A stretch of DNA of 64,000 bases, from positions 640,001 to 704,000 of the forward strand of contig CAXMWX010000005.1 in assembly GCA_963422205.2 (NCBI GenBank), in the 5' to 3' direction. The notes below the pieces were generated by a model. That model was not told where the DNA came from, searched no databases, and worked only from the letters and a program-made list of their open reading frames with translations. Source of the stretch: Gammaproteobacteria bacterium (GTDB lineage: Bacteria; Pseudomonadota; Gammaproteobacteria; Eutrophobiales; Eutrophobiaceae). The position numbers were made by a program, and so were the translations under genes. Position 1 is the stretch's first letter. Each line of letters starts with the position of its first letter. Below are positions 44,704 through 55,216 of this stretch, in pieces.

Positions 44704-44906
44704 GAGAATCTTGTAAATTCCCGGCAAAAATCTATCGTTCTAACAGTGACTTAGCAGATAAAAGTTAGAAACTGCCGTGACTTCAGAAAAAATGAAATAT
44801 ATAAATCTTTTCAGATCATTAAGTTATAGAGGGAACTTAAACCAAGAAAAGAAGATAGGGGTGATGGCATCCGGCCAGGCGGGAATGCGGCCTGTTTGCA
44901 ACCAAA

Positions 44907-45272
44907 GTGGGGAGCCAGCCGATAAGCCGGGTTCTGTCGAGGACAATCATCCATCTTAGGATGTATGTCACCATACACCTCCAGCAGCCTACCCGGGGAC
45001 AATGCAGGCGGCATTATCGTCCCTCTATTTGGCCTTGCTCCGGATGGGGTTTACCTTGCCAATACTGTTACCAGTGTTGCGGTGCGCTCTTACCGCACCT
45101 TTTCACCCTTACCCGCCATCCCTGCCGATAAGTCGGGAGATGATGGCGGGCGGTCTGTTTTCTGTGGCACTGGCCGTCGGCTCACGCCGCCCAGGCGTTA
45201 CCTGGCACCCTGCCTTGTGGAGCCCGGACTTTCCTCTGTATCACTACAGCGATTGCCTGGCTGGCTCCCCGC
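44907..45272 (-). ncRNA. rnpB: RNase P RNA, bacterial type A
   Basis: GAGGAAAGTCCGGGCTCC, AGTGCCACAGAAA, GGTAAACCCC, ACAGAACCCGGCTTA; P1 closes (GGGGAGCCAGCC/GGCTGGCTCCCC); P6 AGGC/GCCU pairing; downstream of rsmI. Confidence 0.97.
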
Positions 45273-45321
45273 TTTGGTCACACTTGCCAGCTTACAAACA
45301 AAACCCCCTCATGGCTACGGC

Positions 45322-46170
45322 TCAAGGCGCCCTGCTGCGTATGGTCAGGGCAAGCGCATAGACCTGATTTTTGTTTGCACCGGTGATCTCACAAGTCAAT
45401 TCTACCACATCACGCAGAGACAACGACTCCGGCAGCAAGGTAATGATGCGTATCAACTCATCCGTATCCGTCCTGGTAACAGCCGCCCCGGCCACGATCA
45501 CCACAAATTCCCCGCGCTGGTGATCCGGGTTTGAAGCCAGCCAGATCATGAGCTCGGCCAGATCGGCCTTTCTCACCTGTTCGAATTTTTTTGTCAACTC
45601 CCGCCCCAGCATGGCCTTGCGGTCTGGCCCGAACACCGCCTTAGCCGCCGCCAGAAAATCAGCGATTCGGTGGGGGGCTTCGTAAAAAACCAGGGTTCGG
45701 GTTTCATGCTGCAATGCCTGCAAGGCCCTTAGCCCTGGGGCCTTGCGTGGTGGCAGAAAACCGGCAAAAACAAAGCTGCTGGCCGCCATCCCGGAAATCG
45801 ACAAGGCAGCCACCAGGGCACAGGGGCCCGGGATGACATGCACGGTCAGCGCATGGTCATGGGCCTGGCTGATAAGGAAGCTGCCGGGATCGCTAACCAG
45901 CGGCGTGCCCGCATCACACACCAGTGCCACATCCTGCCCGGAGCGCAGGCTGTTGATGATGCTGGCCGTTTTTGTACGCTCATTATGCTCATGGAAGGAG
46001 CGCATCGGCGTAGTCACGCCCAACTGCTGCATCAGCCTGCCCGTGTGTCTGGTATCCTCGGCCAAAATAAACCCCACCCGCCTCAAGGTGGCAATCGCCC
46101 GGGCACTGATATCATCGAGATTGCCGATGGGTGTGGCGATGACATACAGTGTTCCACTGTCAGCAGGCAT
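45322..46170 (-). CDS. rsmI: 16S rRNA Cm1402 2'-O-methyltransferase
   Basis: LYVIATPIGNL.D, AEDTR, DAGTP.VSDPG, YEAPHR, RELTK, GEFVV. Confidence 0.96.
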   Translation of the reverse strand: MPADSGTLYVIATPIGNLDDISARAIATLRRVGFILAEDTRHTGRLMQQLGVTTPMRSFHEHNERTKTASIINSLRSGQDVALVCDAGTPLVSDPGSFLISQAHDHALTVHVIPGPCALVAALSISGMAASSFVFAGFLPPRKAPGLRALQALQHETRTLVFYEAPHRIADFLAAAKAVFGPDRKAMLGRELTKKFEQVRKADLAELMIWLASNPDHQRGEFVVIVAGAAVTRTDTDELIRIITLLPESLSLRDVVELTCEITGANKNQVYALALTIRSRAP

Positions 46171-46228
46171 AGTTAAAACTCGCGCAAAAATAACTTATCA
46201 TATACCGATTACACCAGAGATAAGGATT

Positions 46229-48093
46229 ATGCGTTATATCGTCATGATACTCATTGCCGGGGCCTTGTCAGGCGGCTGCAACACACAAACCACCAAGACG
46301 GGTGCGGTGGTTGAGCCAGCGGCAACGGCAAAACAACTCATGGCCAATGATGACTATGCCGCCGCTGCACAGGCGTACCTCAAGCTCGCCAAGAGAGATA
46401 AAAAAAATGCCGGATACTATCAACTGCGTGCCGCCGATTGCCTGGTTGTCAGCCAATGAAAATCAGCCGTGCTGAGGAGATTATCGATTGCGGTTCACAC
46501 CGAAAACAAGATGATGTTTCGGACGGCCCTACCTGAAAACGCCTGCTACAGGGAAAAAGCGGCGCTGTAATCAGAAATCAGCCCAAAACACGCCTTGAAA
46601 ACTGTTTGGCCACAGGAAAACCGCCGGGGCGAGGTTTGCGCTGGATATTGCCGCACAAAACCTATCTGCTGAGGGGCGCAGTCCTATGCGCTGCTGGCAG
46701 AGTATCTGGCAAACAGTCCAGGGAGCGATTTGCAGTAATCAAGGCTACCTCCATCAACCGGAGGCAATCAGACAAAATGCCGCTGCCATCTGGTCGGCAT
46801 TGAATCAGCTGGATACGGCGACATTGCAGGGGTTAAGAGCTAACAGCCCAACCGGGTTGAAAAGCTGGATCGAACTCGCCTTGATTCACAAGACGCTGAT
46901 CAGCAATCCGGCGGTGTTAAGGAAAAGCCTGTTATCCTGGCAGCAGGCCCACCCTGAACATGCCGCCAGTCCACAGATCATCGACAAGTTATTACAACTC
47001 AGTCGGCAATCTGCCCGGCAACCGCAGCAGCTCGCCCTGTTATTACCGCTCACCGGGCAATACCGCAAAGCGGCCGAGGCCATCAGGGGACGGCTTCCTG
47101 GCGGCCTGGTACCATAGCAAGACCTATCGACCCGCCATCAGGATCTACAGCGCTGATGCGATTAACATCAGGGATGTGTATAACAACGCCGTCATGGAAG
47201 GGGCGGATTTTATTATCGGCCCCCTGGAAAAAAACAGGCGGTTGTCCAGCTGATAGAATCGGGGCAGCCTGCCAATTACCACGCAGACCTTAAACCAAGT
47301 AGACCTGGTAGCCGAAGATAATACGGGCCTGCTGCCTAACCTGATTCAGTTCGGGCTGGCACCAGAGGATGAGGCCAGGCAGGCGGCCGAGCGATCTTTT
47401 TTTGATGGGCATAACAAAGCCCTGGTGCTGACACCGCAAAACGGCTGGGGGAGGCGCATGGCGGCAGCATTCAAACACGCCTGGCAGGAAACCGGCGGAC
47501 ACGTGCTGGAGGAGATTCACTTTCCGATAAACAACGGTGACTTCGCCAACCCGGTAAAACGACTGTTAAATATTGACAGCAGCGAACGCCGGGCAAAAAA
47601 ATTACAACAGATAATAAACCGCAGAATACAACGTGAAGCACGCTTACGGCAGGATGCAGACATGATCTTCCTAGCCGCCCCGCCGCTGTATGCACGACAA
47701 CTGTTGCCACAGTTCAGGTTTCACAAGGCCGACTCCCTGCCGGTGTATTCGACTTCGCATATCTTCTCCGGCATTGTAAACCCTGAAATCGATGCTGACA
47801 TGGACGGCATCAGATTCACCGATATCCCCTGGGTATTATCTGAAGATACGGATGTTTTGAAAGACAAGATCAACCGCAACTGGCGGGCAGAAAAATCACC
47901 TTACCGACGGCTGTATGCGCTGGGCATAGACAGCTTCAACCTGATCCCTCACCTGTCCAGACTGGCGCTTGAACCTGCCGCCACCTATGCCGGGCAAACA
48001 GGCATCTTATCCATGACCGATGATGGCCTGATACAAAGACGGCTGTTGTGGGGCAGAATTAAAGCCGGCAGGCCGCATTTGCTGGCCGATTAA
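46229..48093 (+). CDS. lpoA: Penicillin-binding protein activator LpoA (LppC family), broken by many indels
   Basis: Lipoprotein-like N-terminus (MRYIV...SGGC); fragments WQQAHPEHAA, LALLLPLTG, DGFLAA, IIGPLEK, YSTSH, RLYALGIDS, GQTG.L in different frames; between rsmI and yraN. Confidence 0.8.
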
Positions 48094-48110
48094 GACCGCA
48101 TACCAGGGCG

Positions 48111-48477
48111 ATGCACAACAGCAAAAACCGGGGCGATGCCGCCGAAGCACTCGCCCTGGATTTTTTGCACAGGCAAAAACTCACGCTGATTTGCAGAAAT
48201 TTTTATTGCCGTTTCGGTGAAATTGATCTGATCATGGATGACGGGCGTTATATTATTTTCATAGAAGTGCGCTACCGAAAAGATGCCGTCATATCAGACC
48301 CGGCGGAAACGGTTGATCGCTGCAAACAAAAAAAAAATTATTCTTACCAGCCAGCATTTTCTCCAACAACACCAATCACACTATCCAGAGCATGACTATC
48401 GCTTTGATGTCATCACGGTCACCGGCGAGGCGGGCAATGATAAAATCAACTGGATTCAAAACGCATTTAGTGCATAA
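48111..48477 (+). CDS. yraN: YraN (UPF0102) nuclease-like protein; extra A in A10 run 48328-48337
   Basis: RG..AE, RNFYCRFGEIDLIM, FIEVRYR; with A9 it continues KQKKIILT...YRFDVI...INWIQNAF. Confidence 0.88.
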
Positions 48478-49076
<599 letters not shown>

Positions 49077-49077
<1 letters not shown>

Positions 49078-49661
49078 TGCACCAGATAAAAACCATCGGC
49101 ATGATCAGCATCTTTGCCTGCCTGCCTGCCATTCTGCAAGGCTGTGCAGCGGTAGCGGTCGGCGGGGCAGCCGCCGGCGCCTCGGTGGCGACAGATGCGC
49201 GCACGGCTGGTACCTATGTTGAAGACCAGGCCATTGAATTGAAGGCCAAGCGTGCGCTGTTAAAAAATAAAGCACTTAACAAGCAGGTGCATATTAACTT
49301 CACCAGCTATAACACCAACGTGCTGGTCAGCGGCGAAGCGCCCACCGAGGCACTGCGGCAACAGGTGATTGATATCGTCAAGAACATCGAAAAAGTGGGC
49401 CGTGTATATAATGAAGTTATCCTTGCTGCACCGAGTTCGCTTTGGACCCGCAGTGGGGATACCACATTAACGGCGAGGGTGAAGACCAAGCTGCTGGCTG
49501 AGAAATATCTGGATGGTATCAATATCAAAATCGTGACAGAGAACGGCACGGTGTTTTTGATGGGCATCATCACGCGGGCGGATGCTGACAGGGCAACGGA
49601 GATCGCCAGGACGACGGGCGGTGTGGAGAGAGTCGTGAAACTGTTCGAGTACACTGACTGA
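49077..49661 (+). CDS. dolP: Dual BON-domain lipoprotein DolP (YraP)
   Basis: Lipobox LQGC, DART.G..VED, two BON repeats, TENG.VFLMG. Confidence 0.88.
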
Positions 49662-49860
49662 CTGCTCACGGCAGATCATATCTTCTGTTTTTCTATGCGC
49701 TCATCCGCTCCCAGGGACCGCATAGTCAAACTGAATTATCCTCATCCACACAGCCCTGTCCATCAGGCCATCGGGCAGCGATTCATTGGCGGCATCGGCA
49801 ATCGCTGACAGGGGTCAGCTTCGTGTTATTGCCCTGAATAAGCCTCGGTATAAGTAAAAA

Positions 49861-50241
49861 CTACTTAACCACTTTAAGGTGGGGGCGGGTTGTCTCCTGC
49901 ACGGTCGCTGCGGGTTCGTGTTCCACAGCCGCATCTTCGGTTGTAAACACCATGTTTTGACCATTCTCCCGGGCATAGATAGCCTGTACTGCTGGCATCG
50001 GCACGGCGACATTCATTGCCTGACCGTTGAAACGGGCATTGAATTGAACCCACTCATTACTGATCACCAACTCCCTGATGGCATCAGGTGAGATGTTCAA
50101 TACAATGCTGTCTTCCCTGACATATTCAGTCGGTACCTGTACGCCAGAAACCGAGGCATCGACCAGAATATACGGGGTTAAGCCATTGTCCAAAATCCAT
50201 TCATGCAGCGCACGCAGTAAATACGGCCGGTTTGATGTCAT
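49861..50241 (-). CDS. sspB: ClpXP adaptor SspB
   Basis: MTSNRPYLLRALHEWI.DN, FNARF.G, AIYARENG, C-terminal RPHLKVVK. Confidence 0.95.
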   Translation of the reverse strand: MTSNRPYLLRALHEWILDNGLTPYILVDASVSGVQVPTEYVREDSIVLNISPDAIRELVISNEWVQFNARFNGQAMNVAVPMPAVQAIYARENGQNMVFTTEDAAVEHEPAATVQETTRPHLKVVK

Positions 50242-50894
50242 CAGCTATTGACCTGCATAACCCGGTTGACCAGCCTCAATTCACGCTCCTGCTCTGACAT
50301 GCTGATCTTAAATGCCGACCGCTCAAATAGCCGCTCGGCATAATTATCCAGCGCCCTCGCAGGTGCGGGTAATTTGATTCCATAACTATCAAGCCGCCAT
50401 AACAGTGGCGCCAGACAACAATCAGTCAAGGTATATTCTTCCGACATAAAATAAGGCAGTTGTGAGAAAACAGGCGCTATCGCCGTTAAATGATCACGAA
50501 TATTTTTTTTCGCATTCGCTGCCGCTATCTCATTGACTCCGGTTAAATCATCCAGCAGGGAATATAAATCCCGCATCACCCGATAACGCAGTTGCCGGTT
50601 GCTTGCCCGGGAGACCGGATCAACAGGCATCAGCGGCGGGTGCGGAAACCTTTCATCCAGGTACTCCATGATAATCTGTGCATCGTATAAAACCAGGTCT
50701 CTGTCAATCAAGGTCAACACGGTGTTATAGGGATTAAGCTCGGAGACATCTTCCGGTCGACTATCCGCATTGATGTAATTCACTTCGGCATGTATATCTT
50801 TTTCAGCAAGCACGATACGCACACAATGACCAATCGGGCTGATGGCATCAGAATACAACACCATCACCGAGCGTCTGTTAGCGACTATGGCCAT
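50241..50894 (-). CDS. sspA: Stringent starvation protein A
   Basis: ANRRSVM.L, LNPY, IIMEYLDERFPHPPLMPVDPV, DC.LAPLLWRL. Confidence 0.94.
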   Translation of the reverse strand: MAIVANRRSVMVLYSDAISPIGHCVRIVLAEKDIHAEVNYINADSRPEDVSELNPYNTVLTLIDRDLVLYDAQIIMEYLDERFPHPPLMPVDPVSRASNRQLRYRVMRDLYSLLDDLTGVNEIAAANAKKNIRDHLTAIAPVFSQLPYFMSEEYTLTDCCLAPLLWRLDSYGIKLPAPARALDNYAERLFERSAFKISMSEQERELRLVNRVMQVNS

Positions 50895-50942
50895 AACAGG
50901 TAATCAATCCTTAGGGTAAATTCTTAATTTTGCGGGAGATGC

Positions 50943-51707
50943 TCAGTGTACGTCTTTCCAGTATTCACGTTTAAGCAGGTAGACGATGAGTAAAAAGACC
51001 AGTAGATAGGCGATGACCCACATGCCGATCTTATGGCGCTTTAAGCGTATCGGCTCGCCCATATAGACCATGAAGTTGACCAGGTCTGCGACTGTTTGTT
51101 CATACGTCTCATCGGCATAGGCGACGGGCTTTGATGCAGGCGGCGTTTGTAATTCCAGATGCGAGACGACCTGGCTGACTGTCCCATCTTCTGCCGTATA
51201 CTCCTCATACACCGGTCTTTGCCACCCCTGCAATTCCCACAATACATGCGGCATACCGGTATCTTTGAAGATCAGATTGTTCGCCCCCGTGGGACGGCCA
51301 GGATCATAATAGAAAGTCATCAGGTAGGAATACAGCCAGTCTGCACCACGAGAACGCGCAGTCACAGAAAGATCCGGCGGTCCGACCCCAAAATACACCT
51401 CCGCCTCGCGCTTTTGCAGGGCGATCGTCATCGTCTCACCCGGCTTGTCGGTACCGAACATCAGATTTTCTTTCAGCACGTCTTCAGTAATGCCCAGATC
51501 GGTGGCGATACGGTTGTAACGCATATAGGCAGCAGAATGGCAACCAAGGCAATAATTCACAAAGGTACGCACACCTCTTTGCAAGGATTGCTTGTTGGAC
51601 AAGTCCACCTCAAAATGCTGCATGTGCCTGCCATCACCAACCGCCCAAGTAACCAAGGCGGCATTCAGCATAAGCAGGAAGACAAAGAATTGCAGTAATC
51701 GCTTCAT
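50943..51707 (-). CDS. petC: Cytochrome c1
   Basis: Start moved to MKRLLQF; SLQRG, heme motif CLGCH, PPDLS, MPHVL, C-terminal TM and KREYWKDVH. Confidence 0.95.
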   Translation of the reverse strand: MKRLLQFFVFLLMLNAALVTWAVGDGRHMQHFEVDLSNKQSLQRGVRTFVNYCLGCHSAAYMRYNRIATDLGITEDVLKENLMFGTDKPGETMTIALQKREAEVYFGVGPPDLSVTARSRGADWLYSYLMTFYYDPGRPTGANNLIFKDTGMPHVLWELQGWQRPVYEEYTAEDGTVSQVVSHLELQTPPASKPVAYADETYEQTVADLVNFMVYMGEPIRLKRHKIGMWVIAYLLVFLLIVYLLKREYWKDVH

Positions 51708-51708
51708 A

Positions 51709-53112
51709 TCAGCGCACCCTTGCCGGCACCGGCTTGTCACGATCAGTAAGATAAAACTTGCTGTATTCCATGCCGACAACCAGCAGCAGGATGGCGGCGG
51801 CAAAATAATTCGATACCACATCGCCATCGCTTGCCGCCATGGCGACTGCAAGTACGGCGATAAACCAGAACAATCCCCTCACCAGCCATCTGTATACGGT
51901 AATGACCGGGCCAGCACCTCTGGTCGAATAACAGGGCAGCAACAAAAAGAAGGCAAAGTAGATGATGGATAAAAACCGTGCCGCCCAGGTATAGGTCGGC
52001 GTGGCAACCTGTATGCCGAGATAACCTAATATCAGAAAGCTGACAGTAAAACCGGCCAGGGCCGTCTTGTGCTTCCAGCCGCGATAGCGTATCGACTTCA
52101 CCGAACTGCGATCAATCCACGGCAAGGCCATGAACGCCATCGTTGCCGCTCCCATGGCGATGATCCCGCCGAGCTTGTCCGGCACGGCCCGCAGGATGGC
52201 GTAGAACGGCGTGAAATACCATACCGGGGCAATATGCTCAGGCGTCTTTAAGGGATCGGCCGGGACAAAATTGGCATGTTCCAAAAAGTAGCCGCCCATC
52301 TCCGGCGCAAAAAACACCACCGAGCAGAAAATAATCAGGAACACCACCGCACCGACAATATCCTTGACCGTGTAGTATGGATGAAAAGCGATCCCATCAA
52401 CCGGAACTCCGGCAGCGTTTTTGTTCTGTTTGATCTCCACGCCATCGGGATTATTCGAGCCAACCTCATGCAAGGCCAGGATATGCGCCCCCACCAGGGC
52501 GCATAAAATCAGCGGCAGGGCAATCACATGCAAAGAAAAGAAGCGATTGAGCGTCACATCAGAGACCACAAAGTCGCCCCTGATCAGCAAGGCCAGATCA
52601 TCGCCGATGAAGGGAATAGCACCAAACAGGGAGATAATCACCTGCGCCCCCCAGAATGACATCTGCCCCCAGGGCAGCAGATAACCAAAAAAAGCCTCGG
52701 CCATCAGCGTGAAGTAAATCAACATGCCGAAGATCCATAGCAACTCCCGCGGCCTCTTGTAAGAACCATACAGCAAGGCACGGTACATGTGCAGATACAC
52801 CACGACAAAAAATGCAGAGGCACCGGTAGAATGCAGATAGCGAATCCACCAGCCCCACTCCACATCCCGCATAATATACTCCACCGAAGCAAAGGCCAGA
52901 TCGGCGGCGGGCTTGTAATTCATGGTCAGCCAGATTCCGGTAACCAGCTGGATGATAAGTACCAGCAAGGCCAGCGAGCCAAAGAAATACCAGAAATTAA
53001 AGTTCTTTGGCGCATAGTATTCAGCAACATGCTCATTCCATTGTTTGGTTAAGGGGAAACGGGTATCAATCCAGTCCCGGCAGGCTGTCAAGGCATTGAT
53101 TACCCCGCTCAT
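51709..53112 (-). CDS. petB: Cytochrome b
   Basis: NFWYFFGS, RYLHSTGAS, YLH, PWGQMSFWGA, RFFSLH, PVWY Qo motif. Confidence 0.96.
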   Translation of the reverse strand: MSGVINALTACRDWIDTRFPLTKQWNEHVAEYYAPKNFNFWYFFGSLALLVLIIQLVTGIWLTMNYKPAADLAFASVEYIMRDVEWGWWIRYLHSTGASAFFVVVYLHMYRALLYGSYKRPRELLWIFGMLIYFTLMAEAFFGYLLPWGQMSFWGAQVIISLFGAIPFIGDDLALLIRGDFVVSDVTLNRFFSLHVIALPLILCALVGAHILALHEVGSNNPDGVEIKQNKNAAGVPVDGIAFHPYYTVKDIVGAVVFLIIFCSVVFFAPEMGGYFLEHANFVPADPLKTPEHIAPVWYFTPFYAILRAVPDKLGGIIAMGAATMAFMALPWIDRSSVKSIRYRGWKHKTALAGFTVSFLILGYLGIQVATPTYTWAARFLSIIYFAFFLLLPCYSTRGAGPVITVYRWLVRGLFWFIAVLAVAMAASDGDVVSNYFAAAILLLVVGMEYSKFYLTDRDKPVPARVR

Positions 53113-53708
53113 GATGCCACCCCGGAATCATCGCCGATCAGCACCCGGGTATCGCTTAGGAATTGATACGGCGGCACCATCAGGTTAATCGGTGCAGGCA
53201 CACCTTTGTAGACCCGGCCGGCGAGATCAAAGCGGCTGCCATGACAGGGACAGAAAAAACCACCGGGCCAGCCATCACCCAAATCATATTCCACATCACC
53301 GCTTCTAACATAGCTGGGGGAACAACCCAGATGCGTACACAGACCGATGACGATGAGAAATTCCGGCCTGACCGAGCGATATTCGTTTTTCGCATAATCC
53401 GGCTGTTGTGCATCGTCTGAGGCCGGGTCACGCACCTTGTCTGTCAGATCAGACAGATGAGACAGCGATTCTTTGTCTCTTTTCAATATCCACACGGGCT
53501 TACCCTGCCAAAGCTCCACCTTCAGATCGCCGGGCTGCATATCACCGATATCCACCTCCACGGGCGCACCCACGGCCCTGGCCTTGGCGCTGGGGATAAA
53601 GGTCTTGACAAAAGGCACCGCCGTGGCAACCGCCCCGGCACCCCCTACCACGGTCGCCGCAGCGGTCAGCAATAACCTTCTGTCTTTATCGATCGTCTCA
53701 TCGCTCAT
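53109..53708 (-). CDS. petA: Rieske iron-sulfur protein
   Basis: Tat-like RRLLL, CTHLGC, CPCHGS, PAP.NL. Confidence 0.96.
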   Translation of the reverse strand: MSDETIDKDRRLLLTAAATVVGGAGAVATAVPFVKTFIPSAKARAVGAPVEVDIGDMQPGDLKVELWQGKPVWILKRDKESLSHLSDLTDKVRDPASDDAQQPDYAKNEYRSVRPEFLIVIGLCTHLGCSPSYVRSGDVEYDLGDGWPGGFFCPCHGSRFDLAGRVYKGVPAPINLMVPPYQFLSDTRVLIGDDSGVAS

Positions 53709-53762
53709 GTCCGATGCCTCCAGGAAGATCTATTCTGTATCATAGCTCTCCTGTCAGTATAC

Positions 53763-53938
53763 CATGCAAAGACAACTGCCAGCGTAATTTGCTCAATTCT
53801 CATCATGCAAAGACAAGATGCCCCTGCTGCATGTCAACATAATCAACAGCATCTGCCAGCCTGATTGCCCGGCCTGTTGCTGATTTTCCCTTGCAATTCA
53901 ACTAAATAAAACCCCCCAATTCAATTAAATAAAGCCCC
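53763..53938. repeat. Two pairs of direct repeats in the petA/degS divergent intergenic region
   Basis: CATGCAAAGACAA at 53763-53775 and 53804-53816; CAATTCAA(C/T)TAAATAAA(A/G)CCCC at 53894-53915 and 53917-53938. Confidence 0.8.
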
Positions 53939-54070
53939 GGCAAGGCGTACAGAAACAGCGGGGGCGAAGTTTACGCCACCCCGCCCAGCACCTTCAAGCT
54001 GGCATTAGGCAGTCGATTACGTAAAGATAAGCACCTGACAAACACCAGGGCATAATGCACACAGCAGCAG

Positions 54071-55213
54071 ATGAGTAACAGCCAACTTATACAGATGTTG
54101 CGGTTTTTGCTGCGCTCGGTTGTGGCCGGGCTGGCGATTGCCTTTTTGCTGCTGTATGTCTTTCCAGGGATCCTGCCGGAGAGAAATGATAATCGCAAGC
54201 TGCTGGACTTCGTGCAGGATCAGGTGCACGGCCCTGCCTCTTACCGTGCGGCGGTTGATGCCATCTCCCCCGCCGTGGTGAATATTTATGCCACCAGAAT
54301 AGAGCGACAGCGGCTGCATCCTTTATTTCAGGACCCCTTGTTTCAGCGTTTCTTTGATCTTCCTGTACCTGCGGAGCGCCGCAATAACACCTTAGGCTCC
54401 GGTGTCATCATGAGCACTGAGGGCTATTTGCTGACCAATGCCCACGTGATCAGCCAGGCCGATGAGATTACCGTCACCTTGAATGATGGCCGCCGCACCC
54501 AGGCCACGATCGTCGGCATTGATGCCGAGACCGATCTGGCAGTGCTGAAAATCCTGATGCAGAACATCATGGCGGCCACCGTGGCAGATTCAGCCCGGGT
54601 GCGGGCGGGTGATGTCGTGCTGGCTATCGGCAATCCCTACGATTTGGGGCACACGGTCAGCCAGGGGATTGTCAGCGCCACCGGCAGGAAACGGCTGGGG
54701 ATCACCACGTTTGAAGACTTTATTCAAACCGATGCGTTTATCAATCCGGGGAACTCCGGCGGCGCCCTGGTCAACGCCGAGGGCAGGCTCATCGGCATCA
54801 ATACAGCCATCGCCCGCACCGCCGAACAAACCCAGGGGATCGGTTTTGCCATCCCCATCAACCTGGCACGCAACATCATGCAGCAGTTGATTACCCAGGG
54901 CTATGTGATACGTGGCTGGCTAGGTATTGAAGCCCAGGTGTTGCCAAAAGACATTGCCGATGCGGCCGACATCATGGCAGGTGGCGTACTGGTTGCCGGC
55001 GTGCTGACCGGCGGCCCGGCGGCTAAGGCGGGCATCAAGCCGGGCGATATCCTCATCAGCATTAACGGCGAGAAATTGCGTCACCCACAACATGCAATTA
55101 CCCTGATTACCGGTTTCAGACCCGATATGGCGATCACGATCGAGATGATGCGTGGCTGGGAGAGAATGACGCTGGATGCCGTGGTTGCCCAGCGGCCCGG
55201 GTTTGCGAATTAA
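54071..55213 (+). CDS. degS: HtrA-family serine protease DegS/AlgW (one PDZ)
   Basis: N-terminal TM, SY..AV, LTNAHV, ETDLAVL, INPGNSGG, single PDZ (RGWLGI). Confidence 0.88.
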   Translation: MSNSQLIQMLRFLLRSVVAGLAIAFLLLYVFPGILPERNDNRKLLDFVQDQVHGPASYRAAVDAISPAVVNIYATRIERQRLHPLFQDPLFQRFFDLPVPAERRNNTLGSGVIMSTEGYLLTNAHVISQADEITVTLNDGRRTQATIVGIDAETDLAVLKILMQNIMAATVADSARVRAGDVVLAIGNPYDLGHTVSQGIVSATGRKRLGITTFEDFIQTDAFINPGNSGGALVNAEGRLIGINTAIARTAEQTQGIGFAIPINLARNIMQQLITQGYVIRGWLGIEAQVLPKDIADAADIMAGGVLVAGVLTGGPAAKAGIKPGDILISINGEKLRHPQHAITLITGFRPDMAITIEMMRGWERMTLDAVVAQRPGFAN

Positions 55214-55216
55214 ATC

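Noticed and set aside
44965-45534. Plus-strand ORFs of 189 and 119 aa between mraZ and rsmI
   Set aside because: Antisense to the RNase P RNA and rsmI; explained by those genes.
45743-46228. Long upstream extension of the first lpoA fragment
   Set aside because: Antisense to rsmI; a signal-peptide start with an AAGGA RBS is at 46229.
48328-48337. A10 tract in yraN as a phase-variation switch
   Set aside because: Lys-codon run in a housekeeping-locus gene next to an error-rich region; a homopolymer overcall is simpler.
53763-53938. Repeats as a mini-CRISPR array
   Set aside because: Only two copies of each, lengths and spacing do not fit, and no cas genes are present.
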